This document shows positions 46,162 through 57,835 of a stretch of DNA of 64,000 nt, one piece after another. The notes below the pieces were generated by a model. That model searched no databases. It saw only the letters and a list, made by a program, of their open reading frames with translations, and was not told the DNA's origin. Both the position numbers and the translations under genes were made by a program. This stretch comes from an uncultured Dokdonia sp. (lineage in GTDB: Bacteria > Bacteroidota > Bacteroidia > Flavobacteriales > Flavobacteriaceae): NCBI RefSeq assembly GCF_947492815.1, contig NZ_CANLOB010000014.1, positions 325 through 64,324 on the forward strand, in the 5' to 3' direction. How positions within the stretch are numbered: the first letter of the stretch is position 1; each line of letters begins with the position of its first letter.

Positions 46162-46278
46162 AACTTTAACGATGTATTTTTGTTGCGTTAACGTAAATTT
46201 TACATAAATTAGGCGCTTATAAAGTGATATAAACGCTAATTTTTTAAACTAAGCAAACTAATTTTAAACAAGAATCTT

Positions 46279-49200
46279 ATGAAGAAAGTATTACTTAAAA
46301 GTATGCTGCTGTTTGTCGCGGTTCTCTTTGCGGGAATTTCAACTGCCCAGACAGTTTCTGGAACAGTGACAGAGGATAATGGTCCTCTGCCGGGTGCAAA
46401 CGTAATTGTAAAAGGCACCCAAAATGGTGCTACTACCGACTTTGACGGTAACTACACTCTCAATAATGTAGCAAGTGATGCTATACTCGTATTTAGTTAT
46501 GTAGGATATTCTACGCAAGAGATTGCTGTAGGAGGAAGAAGCACTGTAAACGCAACATTATCTTTAGATAACGCGCTTGATGAAGTGGTATTAATTGGAT
46601 ATGGTACAACTACAGTTAAAGATGCTACAGGATCTGTTGCATCAGTTACTTCCGAAGAATTTAACCAAGGGGTTATTCAATCTCCTGAACAATTAATTCA
46701 AGGTAAAACTGCCGGAGTTCAAATTTCAGAAACATCTGGAGAGCCTGGAGCTGCTATTGTAGTAAACATTAGAGGTAACAATTCCATACGTTCTGGAAAC
46801 AACCCTCTATTTGTAGTTGACGGAGTACCATTAACTTCTGGTGCAGCACCTGCTGTAAACGTAGCTGGAATTGGTGGAGGAGCTTCAAGAAACCCACTTA
46901 GTTTCTTAAACCCAAATGATATAGAAAGTATTTCTATTCTTAAAGATGCATCAGCTACAGCGATCTACGGATCTCGTGGAGCAAATGGTGTAATTATCAT
47001 TCAAACAAAAGCTGGTCGTGGAGCTAGTAAAGGTATATGGGACATTAACACATCTGTAAGTGTTGCTAATACTGCAAATGAGTATGACTTATTAGGTAGA
47101 GACGCATTTTTAGAAAATATCGCAGAAGTAGGTAACGATCCTGTTGCACTTGACTTCGGATCTGATTCTGACTTCCAAGATTTTTATACACGTACTGCAT
47201 ACTCTAGAAGAACAGATTTAAGTTACTCTAAAAGTTATCAAGGAGGAAACTTAAGAGCTTCTTTCGGATATGCAAACACATTTGGTGTTGTTGAAAATAC
47301 AGATCAAGAGCGTATTGCTGGTCGTTTAAACATAACTCACAAATTTCTTGATGATAAATTGACATTAAGTGGTCAATTTAGTATCGCTAGAGTAAATGAT
47401 CAATTTGCTCCTGTATCTGGAGGTGCTGGTTCTACTGGAGATTTAATTGGAGCATCTATTACTCAGAATCCAACAGCTCCTATTGATCCTGACTTTACAC
47501 CAGGAGGTAACGTATTAAACCCTGTAAGTCTTTTAGAGAACTTCTTAGGAAGATCTAGATCTAATAGATTTTTAGGAAACTTATCTGCTACATATGCCAT
47601 AACTGAAGAACTTGACGCAAAAGTAACTGTAGGTTATGATGAAAATAATACAACGACTACTTCTGCATTCGGATCTGATGTTATTGGATTAAACGGTGTA
47701 TCTGGTATAGGTCGTGGTAACTTCAATACTTTTGATCAGGAAAATTCATTATTAGAAGCAACATTATCTTATAACAAAGAATTTTCAAATTCAAACTTAA
47801 GTGTTGTTGGAGGTTATTCTTATCAAGAATTTGCTCGTTCAGGATTCTTTGCTCAAGGAGCTGGTTTTAATTCTTCTAACTTAGATGGAACTTTAGGTCA
47901 ATTAGAGAATCAATTTGGTTTAATCCAAGGAGTAACTCCTGGAGGTATTCAAACTTTCGGATATGGTGCTGACGGAACATTCTTAAGTACATTTAATCCT
48001 AACGATACTGAAAATCCATTTACAACTGGACAAACACTTCCTAGCGTAAATCGTTTATTCTCTGCATATACAGGTGGAAATTTTGACAATACAGATGAAC
48101 TTCAGTCTTTCTTTGTAAGAGCAAACTATACGATTGCTGACAAATATTTATTTACTGGAACATTTAGAGCGGATGGTTCTACTACGTTTGGTGAAAATGA
48201 GCGTTATGGATATTTCCCTTCAGGAGCATTTGCATGGCAATTACACGAAGAAGATTTCATTGGAGATGCTTTTTCAACTCTTAAATTACGTTTAGGGGCA
48301 GGTATTGTTGGTAACCAAGAAGGTTTATCTTTTGCAAACTTTATTCAAGTAGAAAGACTTGCAGGAGCAGGTATTGCTAATGACTTTACTATTATAGGTA
48401 ATGGTAACAGTATTCCTGGTACATTCTTCCAAGGAGATCCAAACCCAGATTTAAAGTGGGAGGAAACTACTGACTTTAATGTTGGAGTAGATTTCGGATT
48501 TAATAACGATCGTTTCAATGGTACTGTTAACGTATACCGTAAAGAAACAAGAGATTTACTTTTATCAAGACCTCCTGCTGCACCAGCAACGCAACCAGTT
48601 ATTTTTGGTAACTTAGATGATGGTCTTGTATTAAACCAAGGAGTTGAAGTAGCTTTAAATTATGATTTCTTCGATACAGATGATTTCGGTTTTTCTGCTA
48701 GTTTCAATGTAGCGTTTAACAAGAACGAAGTTCAAGATACAGACTTAGTAATAGACTTAGGTCCTATTAACGGTAACGGTTTAACAGGTGCTTTTGCTCA
48801 GCGTTTACAGGCTGGAGAGCCATTAGGTTCTTTCTTCCTTGCTGAATTTACAGGATTTGACGGAGACGGAAACCCAACATATAGAGATGTAAACGGTGAT
48901 GGTGTAGGTGATCCAGATTCAGATAAAACGTTTGTAGGAGAATCTGCTATTCCTGAAATAACTTCAGGTTTATCATTAAATGCTCGTTACAAGAGATTTG
49001 ACTTATCAACATATTTTAATGGACAATTTGGATTCTCTGTATATAATGCTACTGATAACGCATTCTTTACAAGAGCTGGATTATTAATTGGTAAAAACGT
49101 AACACAAGCAGCTACCAACCCTGCAGAAAACCCTGCAGCAACAGTAGCAGTATCATCTAGATTCTTAGAGGCTGGAGATTTTGTACGTTTACAATCAGCA

Positions 49201-49428
49201 TCTTTAGGATACAATTGGCCAGTGAGCGAAGATGGAATCTTTGATTCATTAAGAATATCTCTTACAGGACAAAACTTATTTATTATTACTGATTATAGTG
49301 GATTAGATCCTGAAATCTCTGTAAACACAGGTACTATTAATGCTTCAGCTATCCCAGGTTCTGGTATAGATTATGCAGCATTCCCAAGACAAAGAACATT
49401 TACTCTAGGTGTAAATGCTAGATTTTAA
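46279..49428 (+). CDS. susC: SusC/RagA TonB-dependent transporter
   Basis: N-terminal extension, LDEVVLIG TonB box, plug (NPNDIESISILKDASATAIYGSRGANGVIII), barrel ending FPRQRTFTLGVNARF. Confidence 0.97.
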   Translation: MKKVLLKSMLLFVAVLFAGISTAQTVSGTVTEDNGPLPGANVIVKGTQNGATTDFDGNYTLNNVASDAILVFSYVGYSTQEIAVGGRSTVNATLSLDNALDEVVLIGYGTTTVKDATGSVASVTSEEFNQGVIQSPEQLIQGKTAGVQISETSGEPGAAIVVNIRGNNSIRSGNNPLFVVDGVPLTSGAAPAVNVAGIGGGASRNPLSFLNPNDIESISILKDASATAIYGSRGANGVIIIQTKAGRGASKGIWDINTSVSVANTANEYDLLGRDAFLENIAEVGNDPVALDFGSDSDFQDFYTRTAYSRRTDLSYSKSYQGGNLRASFGYANTFGVVENTDQERIAGRLNITHKFLDDKLTLSGQFSIARVNDQFAPVSGGAGSTGDLIGASITQNPTAPIDPDFTPGGNVLNPVSLLENFLGRSRSNRFLGNLSATYAITEELDAKVTVGYDENNTTTTSAFGSDVIGLNGVSGIGRGNFNTFDQENSLLEATLSYNKEFSNSNLSVVGGYSYQEFARSGFFAQGAGFNSSNLDGTLGQLENQFGLIQGVTPGGIQTFGYGADGTFLSTFNPNDTENPFTTGQTLPSVNRLFSAYTGGNFDNTDELQSFFVRANYTIADKYLFTGTFRADGSTTFGENERYGYFPSGAFAWQLHEEDFIGDAFSTLKLRLGAGIVGNQEGLSFANFIQVERLAGAGIANDFTIIGNGNSIPGTFFQGDPNPDLKWEETTDFNVGVDFGFNNDRFNGTVNVYRKETRDLLLSRPPAAPATQPVIFGNLDDGLVLNQGVEVALNYDFFDTDDFGFSASFNVAFNKNEVQDTDLVIDLGPINGNGLTGAFAQRLQAGEPLGSFFLAEFTGFDGDGNPTYRDVNGDGVGDPDSDKTFVGESAIPEITSGLSLNARYKRFDLSTYFNGQFGFSVYNATDNAFFTRAGLLIGKNVTQAATNPAENPAATVAVSSRFLEAGDFVRLQSASLGYNWPVSEDGIFDSLRISLTGQNLFIITDYSGLDPEISVNTGTINASAIPGSGIDYAAFPRQRTFTLGVNARF

Positions 49429-49445
49429 CAAATAAAAAAAGAAGT

Positions 49446-51065
49446 ATGAAACGAAACAAAATCTTTAAAAATCTGCCTAAGGTACTCTTAGGAGTTTTTG
49501 CCCTAGTATCAGTCATTTCTTGTACTGATCTAGAGGTAGAAGGTGTAGACGGACTTATTATTGACCCTAATGATTCTAGATTCCAAGGGGTAACAGACCC
49601 AGCATCATTTATTGGAAACTCTTACAATAGTTTAAATGGACTTATTGGAGATCAAGCAAATACGTTTGCACTAAGTGAAGTTACTACAGATGCACATCTT
49701 ATCCCTACTCGTGGAGCAGACTGGGGAGATAATGGTATCTGGAGACAATTGCACCAACACAATTGGACACCTGAGCATTCATTTATTACTAATGTATGGA
49801 ATCAGTGGAACACACTACATTTCCAAGGAGCACAATTATTATCTCCTTTAACAACCTTAACTGGTGAGCAAGCAGGAGATGCACATTTCCTAAGAGCTTT
49901 AGGAATGTGGGTTATTTTAGATAACTTCGGGCAAGTACCAGTAAGAGATCCAGAATTAGACATCTTTGTTGATCCTATCGTATTAAGAGGACAAGAAGCT
50001 GTTGATCAGATTGTATCTGATCTTGATGCTGCAATAGCTAACTTATCTGCTGGTGGTCCAGGATCTGGAAACAGTAGAGCAAATAAAGCTGCTGCTCGTT
50101 ACTTATTAGCAAAAGTTTTATTAAACAAGCATATTTACCTTGGAACATCGCCTGATAGTGCAGACATGAACCGAGTGGTTTCTTTAGTAAACGATATTGA
50201 GGGTGAAGGATACGGACTTGTATCTGGATACTTTGATATTTTCAGAGAGCAATTAGACAACGAAACAATTTGGTTTATCCCAACTGGAGTAGGAAACAGA
50301 ATTTGGAACGGATTACATTACAACATGGCACCAGAAATTGCTGGAGGTGGTTGGAATGGATTCTCTACACTTGCTGAATACTATGATTTATTTGAAGGAG
50401 ATCCTAACACGAATGTACCAGGAAGTGGTCAAGAAGAGCGTCGTGGATTTGTACCTACAGCAGGTGTACCTTTTACAGGTGATGCTGGAACTACAGAGTC
50501 TGGAAACTTCCCAGGTTTTGAAGCTGGATCAAACATAGGATTTGGATTCTTAATTGGTCAACAATATGAAATTGATGGATCACCTCTTTCTGAAAGAGGA
50601 GGAGCACCATTAGCTTTCGAAAGAGACTTCGTAGATGGAAATGGAGCTTCTAGCTTAATTAACAACAGTGAAGTTACAGGTATTCGTATGTTAAAGTACA
50701 ACCCACGTTATGGAGGGTTTACTGGACATGAGATATTCTTTAGATTTTCTGATGCTCACTTAATGAGAGCTGAAGCAATGTTACGTAGTGGTGGAGACGC
50801 TACTTCAGAAGTAAATGAGTTACGTATTCTTAGAGGAGCTGCACCGTTAGGAGCAGTAACTGAACAAGATTTATTAGACGAAAGAGGACGTGAATTATAC
50901 GCTGAATTTTGGAGAAGAAATGATTTAGTTCGTTTTGGTCAATTTACTAGAGATTGGGAACTTAAGAGCCCAGATGCTGTAGGTGACACGAACTTAAATT
51001 TATTCCCAATTCCAGCAAGTCAAGTTATTCTTAACCCTAATTTGACACAAAATCCAGGTTACTAA
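49446..51065 (+). CDS. susD: SusD/RagB lipoprotein
   Basis: Lipobox VISC; RFSDAHLMRAEA, ERGRELYAEFWRRNDLVRFG, QNPGY. Confidence 0.95.
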   Translation: MKRNKIFKNLPKVLLGVFALVSVISCTDLEVEGVDGLIIDPNDSRFQGVTDPASFIGNSYNSLNGLIGDQANTFALSEVTTDAHLIPTRGADWGDNGIWRQLHQHNWTPEHSFITNVWNQWNTLHFQGAQLLSPLTTLTGEQAGDAHFLRALGMWVILDNFGQVPVRDPELDIFVDPIVLRGQEAVDQIVSDLDAAIANLSAGGPGSGNSRANKAAARYLLAKVLLNKHIYLGTSPDSADMNRVVSLVNDIEGEGYGLVSGYFDIFREQLDNETIWFIPTGVGNRIWNGLHYNMAPEIAGGGWNGFSTLAEYYDLFEGDPNTNVPGSGQEERRGFVPTAGVPFTGDAGTTESGNFPGFEAGSNIGFGFLIGQQYEIDGSPLSERGGAPLAFERDFVDGNGASSLINNSEVTGIRMLKYNPRYGGFTGHEIFFRFSDAHLMRAEAMLRSGGDATSEVNELRILRGAAPLGAVTEQDLLDERGRELYAEFWRRNDLVRFGQFTRDWELKSPDAVGDTNLNLFPIPASQVILNPNLTQNPGY

Positions 51066-51087
51066 ACCTAAATTTTGAATTAAGCTT

Positions 51088-51117
51088 AAAAAGAGGGTTG
51101 TTTCAACCCTCTTTTTT
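51088..51117 (+). terminator. Rho-independent terminator after susD
   Basis: AAAAAGAGGGTTG-TTT-CAACCCTCTTTTTT perfect stem. Confidence 0.85.
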
Positions 51118-51157
51118 ATTTCTATTTCTTTTAGTAAAATTGTATTTTAGAATTGTA

Positions 51158-54100
51158 TTGAAACCCCTATTTTTAATATTTGCCACTGTAGTACTCTTTG
51201 CTTCATGTAAAGAAAAAACAACACTTCAACCTAAGTTTATTGGAGTGAAAAATTCTGGTATTTCTTTTTCAAATACTGTACAAAACCAACCTGAACTTAA
51301 TATCTTAAACTACCTCTATTTTTATAATGGAGCAGGTACCGCTATTGCTGATTTCAATAATGATGGTTTAGATGATATTTATTTCACTTCAAATCAACAA
51401 GCCGATCAATTATATATCAATAAAGACAATTTACAGTTTGAAAATAGCACGACTTCTTCAGGTATTAAAAATGATCAAGGATGGACAACAGGAGTTACGA
51501 CAGTAGATATTAATAATGATGGACGTACAGACATCTATATATCCAAAGTAGATGGACATCTAAACTTAAAAGGAGCAAATCTTTTGTATGTAAATCAAGG
51601 AAATGACACTAATGGAAATCCTACATTTAAAGAACAAGCAGCCGATTATAATTTAGCCTTAAAAGGTCTTGCAACACAAGCAACTTTTTTTGATTATGAT
51701 GCAGATGGAGATTTGGATGTATTTATCTTAAATCATTCTTTACACCCTAATAGTAATTACGGAAAAGGAACACTACGTACTAAAAAGGATTCTCTATACG
51801 GCGATAAATTACTAGAAAATCAAGATGGTCAATTTATTGATGTTACAGATACCTCTGGCATCTTTCAAAGCAGATTAGGGTATGGATTAGGTATTTCTAT
51901 AGCAGATGTAAATAATGATGGCTATCCAGATATATACCTAGGTAATGATTTCTTTGAAAATGACTACCTCTACATCAATCAAAAAAACAAAACTTTTGTA
52001 GAAGTAAACTCTACACAATCAACATTGGGTCATAGTTCTCATTTTTCTATGGGAAATACGATCAGCGACATCAATAATGATGGACATCCAGATATTATGT
52101 CACTAGACATGTTACCAGAAGATTTACACACATTAAAAGTCTCTGGGGCAGAATATAACTATCCTATATTTCAGAATCAGCTTCGTAATGGATATGAACC
52201 TCAGTTTATGCAAAACACATTGCATCTTAACTTAGGCAATGGCAAATATGCAGAAACAGCTTTTCTAAGTGGCGTCTCTGCTACAGAATGGTCTTGGTCA
52301 CCACTTATTGCAGATTTTGACAATGACGGTCATAAGGATATATACATTACAAACGGTATACAAGGCGCAACAAATGATATGGATTTTGTCAATTTCATCT
52401 CAAATGAAAGTATCCAACAAAAACTAGGTCAAGGTATGAGTGCTGAAGAACTTAAATTCATTGACGAATTACCCGAAAAGAAAACAACAAATTACTTTTA
52501 TAAAAACACTGGAAATGCACAATTTGAAGATGTAAGTAACCAATGGCAAGTAGCACAAAACTCCTTTAGCAATGGCGCTAGTTATGCAGATCTTGACAAT
52601 GACGGAGATCTAGACCTTGTTGTCAATAACGTCAATCAAAATGCATTCATTCTAGAAAATACAACACGTAAAGACAGTAGTACTACCAACTATTTAAAGA
52701 TACATTTCAAAGGAAGTACTACAAATACTCAAGGCATAGGTGCTAAAGTGATTCTATATAAAGGAAAACAAAAACAGTTTTTTGAAAACCACACTACAGA
52801 AGGTTATCTCTCTGCTACCCCTCCTAGCCTACTCGTTGGTTTAGGAAGTCATACACTTGTGGATTCTTTAGAAATAATCTGGTCTGACCAAAAACGTCAA
52901 ACACTTACAAACATTAAAGCAAATCAACGTATTGTAGTCGCTTATGAAAACTCACAAGAAAACACATATACATACCCTGAACATTCGCAAACTTCTTTGA
53001 TTACAAATACATCTTCTCCAATAGATTTTAAACACCGTGATGCCACTTCTATAGAATTTACCCGTACACCTTTAATTCCATATGCAAGTACCAATTCAGG
53101 TCCTTATATAACAACAGGAGATCTTAATAATGACCAAATAGAAGATATCATTACATTAGGTGCCAAAGGGCAGTCATCACAAATTTGGTTACAAAACGAA
53201 TCAGGTGCTTTTCAATCACAAGAATTGCCTGACGCAAAAGACACACAAATACACGAAGATACACATGCTGTCATTTTTGATGCCAATGGTGATCAAATCA
53301 ATGACCTACTTATTGTAAGCGGTGGCAATGAATTTAAACGTGGAAAACCACTAACACCTCGATTATATATTACATCACAAAATATACTTACGAGAGATCA
53401 AGAGCAATTTAAAGAGACTTTTATCAACGCCTCTAAAGTAACTGCAATAGATATTGATAATGATGGAGATATGGATATTGCCATCACAGCAAATGTAGTC
53501 CCGCATCAATTTGGAAAAACCCCTACACAATATCTATTCAAAAATGACGGAAAAGGACATTTTGAAGATATCACTATGGCCTATGCAAAAGACTTTCAAA
53601 ATATAGGCAATGTATATGATATCACTTGGAAAGACCTTAATAACAATGGATATCCAGATGCGATTGTTGCAGGACATTGGATGCCTATTTCCATCTTTAT
53701 AAATGATGGCTCCTCCCTTACGCTACAACAAACAAAAGGACTAGAAAGCACACATGGGTGGTGGAATAGTATTAAAGTAGCCGATTTTGACAATGACGGA
53801 GATCAGGATATCATCGCTGGTAATTGGGGTCTAAATACGCGTTTACAACCTACGTTAGAAGAACCTGTCACTTTGTATCGCAATGATTTTGATGACAATA
53901 ATCAAATAGACCCTATCGTCACCTATTACTATCAAGGGATAGAAACCACCATTGCTACAAAAGATGAACTCGTAAAACAGCTCCCTCTACTTAACAAAAA
54001 ATACCTTTCTTATAACGCTTTCGCTAAAGCAGATATAGAAAAACTACTTGGTAAAGAGAAGTTACAAGAGTCAGAAACAAAAGAAGCATATGTATTTGCA

Positions 54101-54457
54101 TCTATGTATTTTGAAAACAAAGGAAACGATACTTTCCAAGCAAATGAATTACCATTCTTAGCACAAGTTTCTACGGTTCAAGACATACTGATTGAAGATT
54201 TTGACAATGATGGCTTTTTAGATGCCCTTTTAGTGGGTAACAACTATGAAATAAGTACACAATTAGGTAGGCTAGATGGCTCTCATGGCTTATTTTTGAA
54301 AAACGATACAAAAGGTGGATTCACGACACTTTCTGATCAGAATTATGATATCAACGGGGCTTCCCGAAGTATCCAAAAAATTAAAATAACAGATCGTACT
54401 TTTTATGTCGTAGGACGTAATAACGATACTCCTATATTTCTAAAAAAAGAGAAGTAA
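51158..54457 (+). CDS. FG-GAP/VCBS-repeat ASPIC/UnbV (CRTAC1-like) lipoprotein 1
   Basis: Lipobox FASC; many DxNxDGxxD motifs; central ASPIC/UnbV segment (GIGAKV); start moved to TTG at 51158 because 51098 lies within the terminator. Confidence 0.85.
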   Translation: MKPLFLIFATVVLFASCKEKTTLQPKFIGVKNSGISFSNTVQNQPELNILNYLYFYNGAGTAIADFNNDGLDDIYFTSNQQADQLYINKDNLQFENSTTSSGIKNDQGWTTGVTTVDINNDGRTDIYISKVDGHLNLKGANLLYVNQGNDTNGNPTFKEQAADYNLALKGLATQATFFDYDADGDLDVFILNHSLHPNSNYGKGTLRTKKDSLYGDKLLENQDGQFIDVTDTSGIFQSRLGYGLGISIADVNNDGYPDIYLGNDFFENDYLYINQKNKTFVEVNSTQSTLGHSSHFSMGNTISDINNDGHPDIMSLDMLPEDLHTLKVSGAEYNYPIFQNQLRNGYEPQFMQNTLHLNLGNGKYAETAFLSGVSATEWSWSPLIADFDNDGHKDIYITNGIQGATNDMDFVNFISNESIQQKLGQGMSAEELKFIDELPEKKTTNYFYKNTGNAQFEDVSNQWQVAQNSFSNGASYADLDNDGDLDLVVNNVNQNAFILENTTRKDSSTTNYLKIHFKGSTTNTQGIGAKVILYKGKQKQFFENHTTEGYLSATPPSLLVGLGSHTLVDSLEIIWSDQKRQTLTNIKANQRIVVAYENSQENTYTYPEHSQTSLITNTSSPIDFKHRDATSIEFTRTPLIPYASTNSGPYITTGDLNNDQIEDIITLGAKGQSSQIWLQNESGAFQSQELPDAKDTQIHEDTHAVIFDANGDQINDLLIVSGGNEFKRGKPLTPRLYITSQNILTRDQEQFKETFINASKVTAIDIDNDGDMDIAITANVVPHQFGKTPTQYLFKNDGKGHFEDITMAYAKDFQNIGNVYDITWKDLNNNGYPDAIVAGHWMPISIFINDGSSLTLQQTKGLESTHGWWNSIKVADFDNDGDQDIIAGNWGLNTRLQPTLEEPVTLYRNDFDDNNQIDPIVTYYYQGIETTIATKDELVKQLPLLNKKYLSYNAFAKADIEKLLGKEKLQESETKEAYVFASMYFENKGNDTFQANELPFLAQVSTVQDILIEDFDNDGFLDALLVGNNYEISTQLGRLDGSHGLFLKNDTKGGFTTLSDQNYDINGASRSIQKIKITDRTFYVVGRNNDTPIFLKKEK

Positions 54458-54463
54458 TAGCAT

Positions 54464-57400
54464 ATGCAAGTTAAATTCACATACCAAACCGTTATCGGAG
54501 CACTCCTCGCTCTATGCATCATAGGATGTACTTCGACTACCAAAGAAAAAGAAAACGAAAAGCAAGAGACTGCAACAGAAGGAAATCCTTTATTTACACT
54601 TCTATCTAAAGAAGAAACAGGTATTGATTTTGTAAACAACATAAAAAACCAAAAAGATTTTAATATTTTCAAATACCGTAACTTCTATAATGGAGGTGGG
54701 GTTTCTATTGGAGATATTAATAATGATGGACTTCCTGATATTTTTCTCACAGCCAATATGGAGAAAAATAAACTTTACTTAAACAAAGGTGATTTTACTT
54801 TTGAAGATATTTCAGAAAAAGCAGGTATTGAAGGTAACAAAGCATGGTCTACAGGAGTAACTATGGCCGATGTAAATGCAGACGGATTATTAGACATCTA
54901 TGTGAGTAATGCTGGAAATTTAGAGGCAGATAACCATGATAATGATTTATACATTAACAACGGAGATCTGACCTTTACAGAAAAAGCAAAAGAATACAAC
55001 TTAGCGACTTCGGGGTTTTCTACGCATGCCTCCTTTTTTGACTATGATAAAGATGGAGATTTAGATGTATATATCTTAAATAACAGTAATGTTCCTGTAA
55101 GTAGTTTAGGAAACAAAGGACAGCGTGACAAACGTGCTCAAGACTGGGAAAATGTAGATAGCCAGTTTAGAGGGGTTGGTGATCTACTCATGCGTAATGA
55201 CAATGGGGTTTTTACAGACGTAAGCAAAGAAGCTGGTATTTATGGCTCCCTTATTGGATTTGGATTAGGCGTGATGGTTACAGACATTAACCACGATTTA
55301 TATCCAGACATCTACATCTCAAATGACTTCTTTGAGCGTGATTATTTATACATTAACAATCAAGACGGTACTTTTACTGAAGAAATAAAAAAATGGACTT
55401 CTCACCTATCACTCTCTGCGATGGGCGTTGATATTTCAGATATTAATAATGACGGACTGCAAGATATTTTTATTACAGACATGCTTCCTGATGGAGAAGA
55501 ACGTGTGAAATCTGTCATGGAATTTGACGGGTATAATGTGTATAAGAGAAAACAACGTAACGATTTCTACCAGCAGTTTATTCAAAATACCTTACAAGTA
55601 AACAATGGTAATGGCACCTTCTCTGAAGTAGCGTATCATAGTGGTGTAGAAGCCACCGATTGGAGTTGGTCTGGATTGGTCTTTGATATGGATAATGATG
55701 GGTATCGCGATATCTATGTAACTAATGGTATTAATCATGATCTTACAGACTTAGATTTTGTAGACTTTTTTGCTAACGAGATTATTCAAAGTAAAGCCAC
55801 AGGAGAAACTAGAGTATTAGACACTATTATTAATAAAATGCCTGTAAAGCCACTTTCTAATTATGCCTACCAAAATCAAAAAGACATTACTTTTAAAAAC
55901 AAGGCCAAAGATTGGGGACTTGAAATTTTAAGTATGTCTAATGGTGCTGCCTATGGTGACTTAGATAATGACGGAGATCTAGATCTTGTCGTAAATAATG
56001 TAAACATGCCATCGTTTGTTTATAGAAATAATACCGACAAAGAAAGAAATCACAACTATATTAAATTAAAATTTAAAGGCGCCGAGAAAAATCCTTTTGC
56101 AATAGGCACTACCGTACGCTTATATCATGGAGGTCAAACGTATATCCAGGAACTTGTTCCTTCTAGAGGATTCCAATCTTCTATGGAACATACCATGACC
56201 ATAGGATTAGGAGCTTCTCAAAAGATAGATTCGTTACGTGTGATTTGGCCTAATGAAAAAACACAGCGTTTTGAAAATCTTACAGTCAACCAAACGCTTC
56301 AACTGCAAATTACAGAAGCAACTGACACCTATAAAGTACCTGCGTCTACAAAAGCAAAAACACTTTTTAATGAAATTTCAAATACGTCATTAGATACTCA
56401 TAAAGAAAATGAGTACAGTGACTTTGATTACGAAGGTCTCATTGCAAAAAAACTATCTCAAGAAGGTCCATCATTAGCTATCGGAGATATAAATGGTGAT
56501 GGTCATGAAGATGTATTTATAGGCGGAGCTAAAAAACAAGCGGGAACACTTTACCTACATAAAGGAAATGGAAAACTAACCAAAGCACCCACGAATGCTG
56601 CCTTTAAAAAAGATGCTAATTATGAAGATTCGGCAGCAGCATTTTTTGATGCAGATAATGACGGCGATTTAGATTTGATGGTAGGCTCAGGTGGTAATGA
56701 AGTGACTACGAAGACAGATTATAGTCTTCGTTTATATCTAAATGATGGTAAGGGCGCTTTCGCGAAAGCGGAAAACACCATCCCTTCTGCATATCAGAAT
56801 ATGTCTGTGATTGCACCCTATGATTTTGATCAAGATGGCGACATGGATGTATTTGTAGGCTCTCGAAGTGTGATTGCAGTATATGGAATTGATCCGGAAC
56901 ACCTTTTCCTTGAAAATAGAGGAAATGGAGAATTCTCAAATGCAACAGAGCGCATTGCATATCCTCTTAAAAATGCAGGAATGATTACCGATGCACTTTG
57001 GGCAGATATGGATCAGGATGGAAAAGAAGATCTTGTGGTTACTTCAGAATGGGGAACTACCAAAATATTTAAAAATAATGGAAGACGTCTTACCGCTATG
57101 AAAAGCTCTTTAGATGATGTACACGGATGGTGGAATACCTTAGAGGCATCAGATCTTGATAACGATGGAGACCTTGACCTAGTATTAGGAAATGAAGGAA
57201 CCAATATTCATTACAAACCTGAAGAAGGGGCTCCTATGAAAATGTACATTAATGACTTTGATAATAATGGTACCATAGAGCAAATCACCACCTTTCATAA
57301 AGATGGAAAGGATTATCCATTACATCAAAAGAAAGAACTTACGGGACAATTAGTGTCTCTTAAAAAACAGAATATCAAGGCATCTGATTATGCAAAACGG

Positions 57401-57835
57401 TCTATAGATGAGTTATTTCCAAAAGAAGTGATTGATGTATCTATCGTAAAGCAAGTACAAACTGCTGCTTCTGTCATTGCTATCAATGAAGGGAATGGCA
57501 CTTTTAGAATTCAAGAGCTACCTGTACGTGTTCAGCTATCATGTGTGTGCGGAATTGCCTGTACAGATGTAAATAATGATGGGAATTTAGATCTCGTCAT
57601 GGGTGGTAATAATTTTGAATTCAAACCACAATACTCACAATTAGATGCTAGTAGTGGTAATGTACTATTAGGAGATGGTAATCTTGGTTTTGAATGGCAA
57701 GACTATACTACAAGTGGTTTTGAGATACGCGAAGAGGTTAAACACTTAGCAACATTCAAAGATAGTGCTGGAAAGACCTTTTTGATTGCTGCTATTAATA
57801 ATGAAAAACCAAGAGTATACAATGCAGGCAATTAG
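54464..57835 (+). CDS. FG-GAP/VCBS-repeat ASPIC/UnbV lipoprotein 2
   Basis: Lipobox IIGC; YRNFYNGGG, ATDWSWS, PSRGFQSS motifs. Confidence 0.88.
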   Translation: MQVKFTYQTVIGALLALCIIGCTSTTKEKENEKQETATEGNPLFTLLSKEETGIDFVNNIKNQKDFNIFKYRNFYNGGGVSIGDINNDGLPDIFLTANMEKNKLYLNKGDFTFEDISEKAGIEGNKAWSTGVTMADVNADGLLDIYVSNAGNLEADNHDNDLYINNGDLTFTEKAKEYNLATSGFSTHASFFDYDKDGDLDVYILNNSNVPVSSLGNKGQRDKRAQDWENVDSQFRGVGDLLMRNDNGVFTDVSKEAGIYGSLIGFGLGVMVTDINHDLYPDIYISNDFFERDYLYINNQDGTFTEEIKKWTSHLSLSAMGVDISDINNDGLQDIFITDMLPDGEERVKSVMEFDGYNVYKRKQRNDFYQQFIQNTLQVNNGNGTFSEVAYHSGVEATDWSWSGLVFDMDNDGYRDIYVTNGINHDLTDLDFVDFFANEIIQSKATGETRVLDTIINKMPVKPLSNYAYQNQKDITFKNKAKDWGLEILSMSNGAAYGDLDNDGDLDLVVNNVNMPSFVYRNNTDKERNHNYIKLKFKGAEKNPFAIGTTVRLYHGGQTYIQELVPSRGFQSSMEHTMTIGLGASQKIDSLRVIWPNEKTQRFENLTVNQTLQLQITEATDTYKVPASTKAKTLFNEISNTSLDTHKENEYSDFDYEGLIAKKLSQEGPSLAIGDINGDGHEDVFIGGAKKQAGTLYLHKGNGKLTKAPTNAAFKKDANYEDSAAAFFDADNDGDLDLMVGSGGNEVTTKTDYSLRLYLNDGKGAFAKAENTIPSAYQNMSVIAPYDFDQDGDMDVFVGSRSVIAVYGIDPEHLFLENRGNGEFSNATERIAYPLKNAGMITDALWADMDQDGKEDLVVTSEWGTTKIFKNNGRRLTAMKSSLDDVHGWWNTLEASDLDNDGDLDLVLGNEGTNIHYKPEEGAPMKMYINDFDNNGTIEQITTFHKDGKDYPLHQKKELTGQLVSLKKQNIKASDYAKRSIDELFPKEVIDVSIVKQVQTAASVIAINEGNGTFRIQELPVRVQLSCVCGIACTDVNNDGNLDLVMGGNNFEFKPQYSQLDASSGNVLLGDGNLGFEWQDYTTSGFEIREEVKHLATFKDSAGKTFLIAAINNEKPRVYNAGN

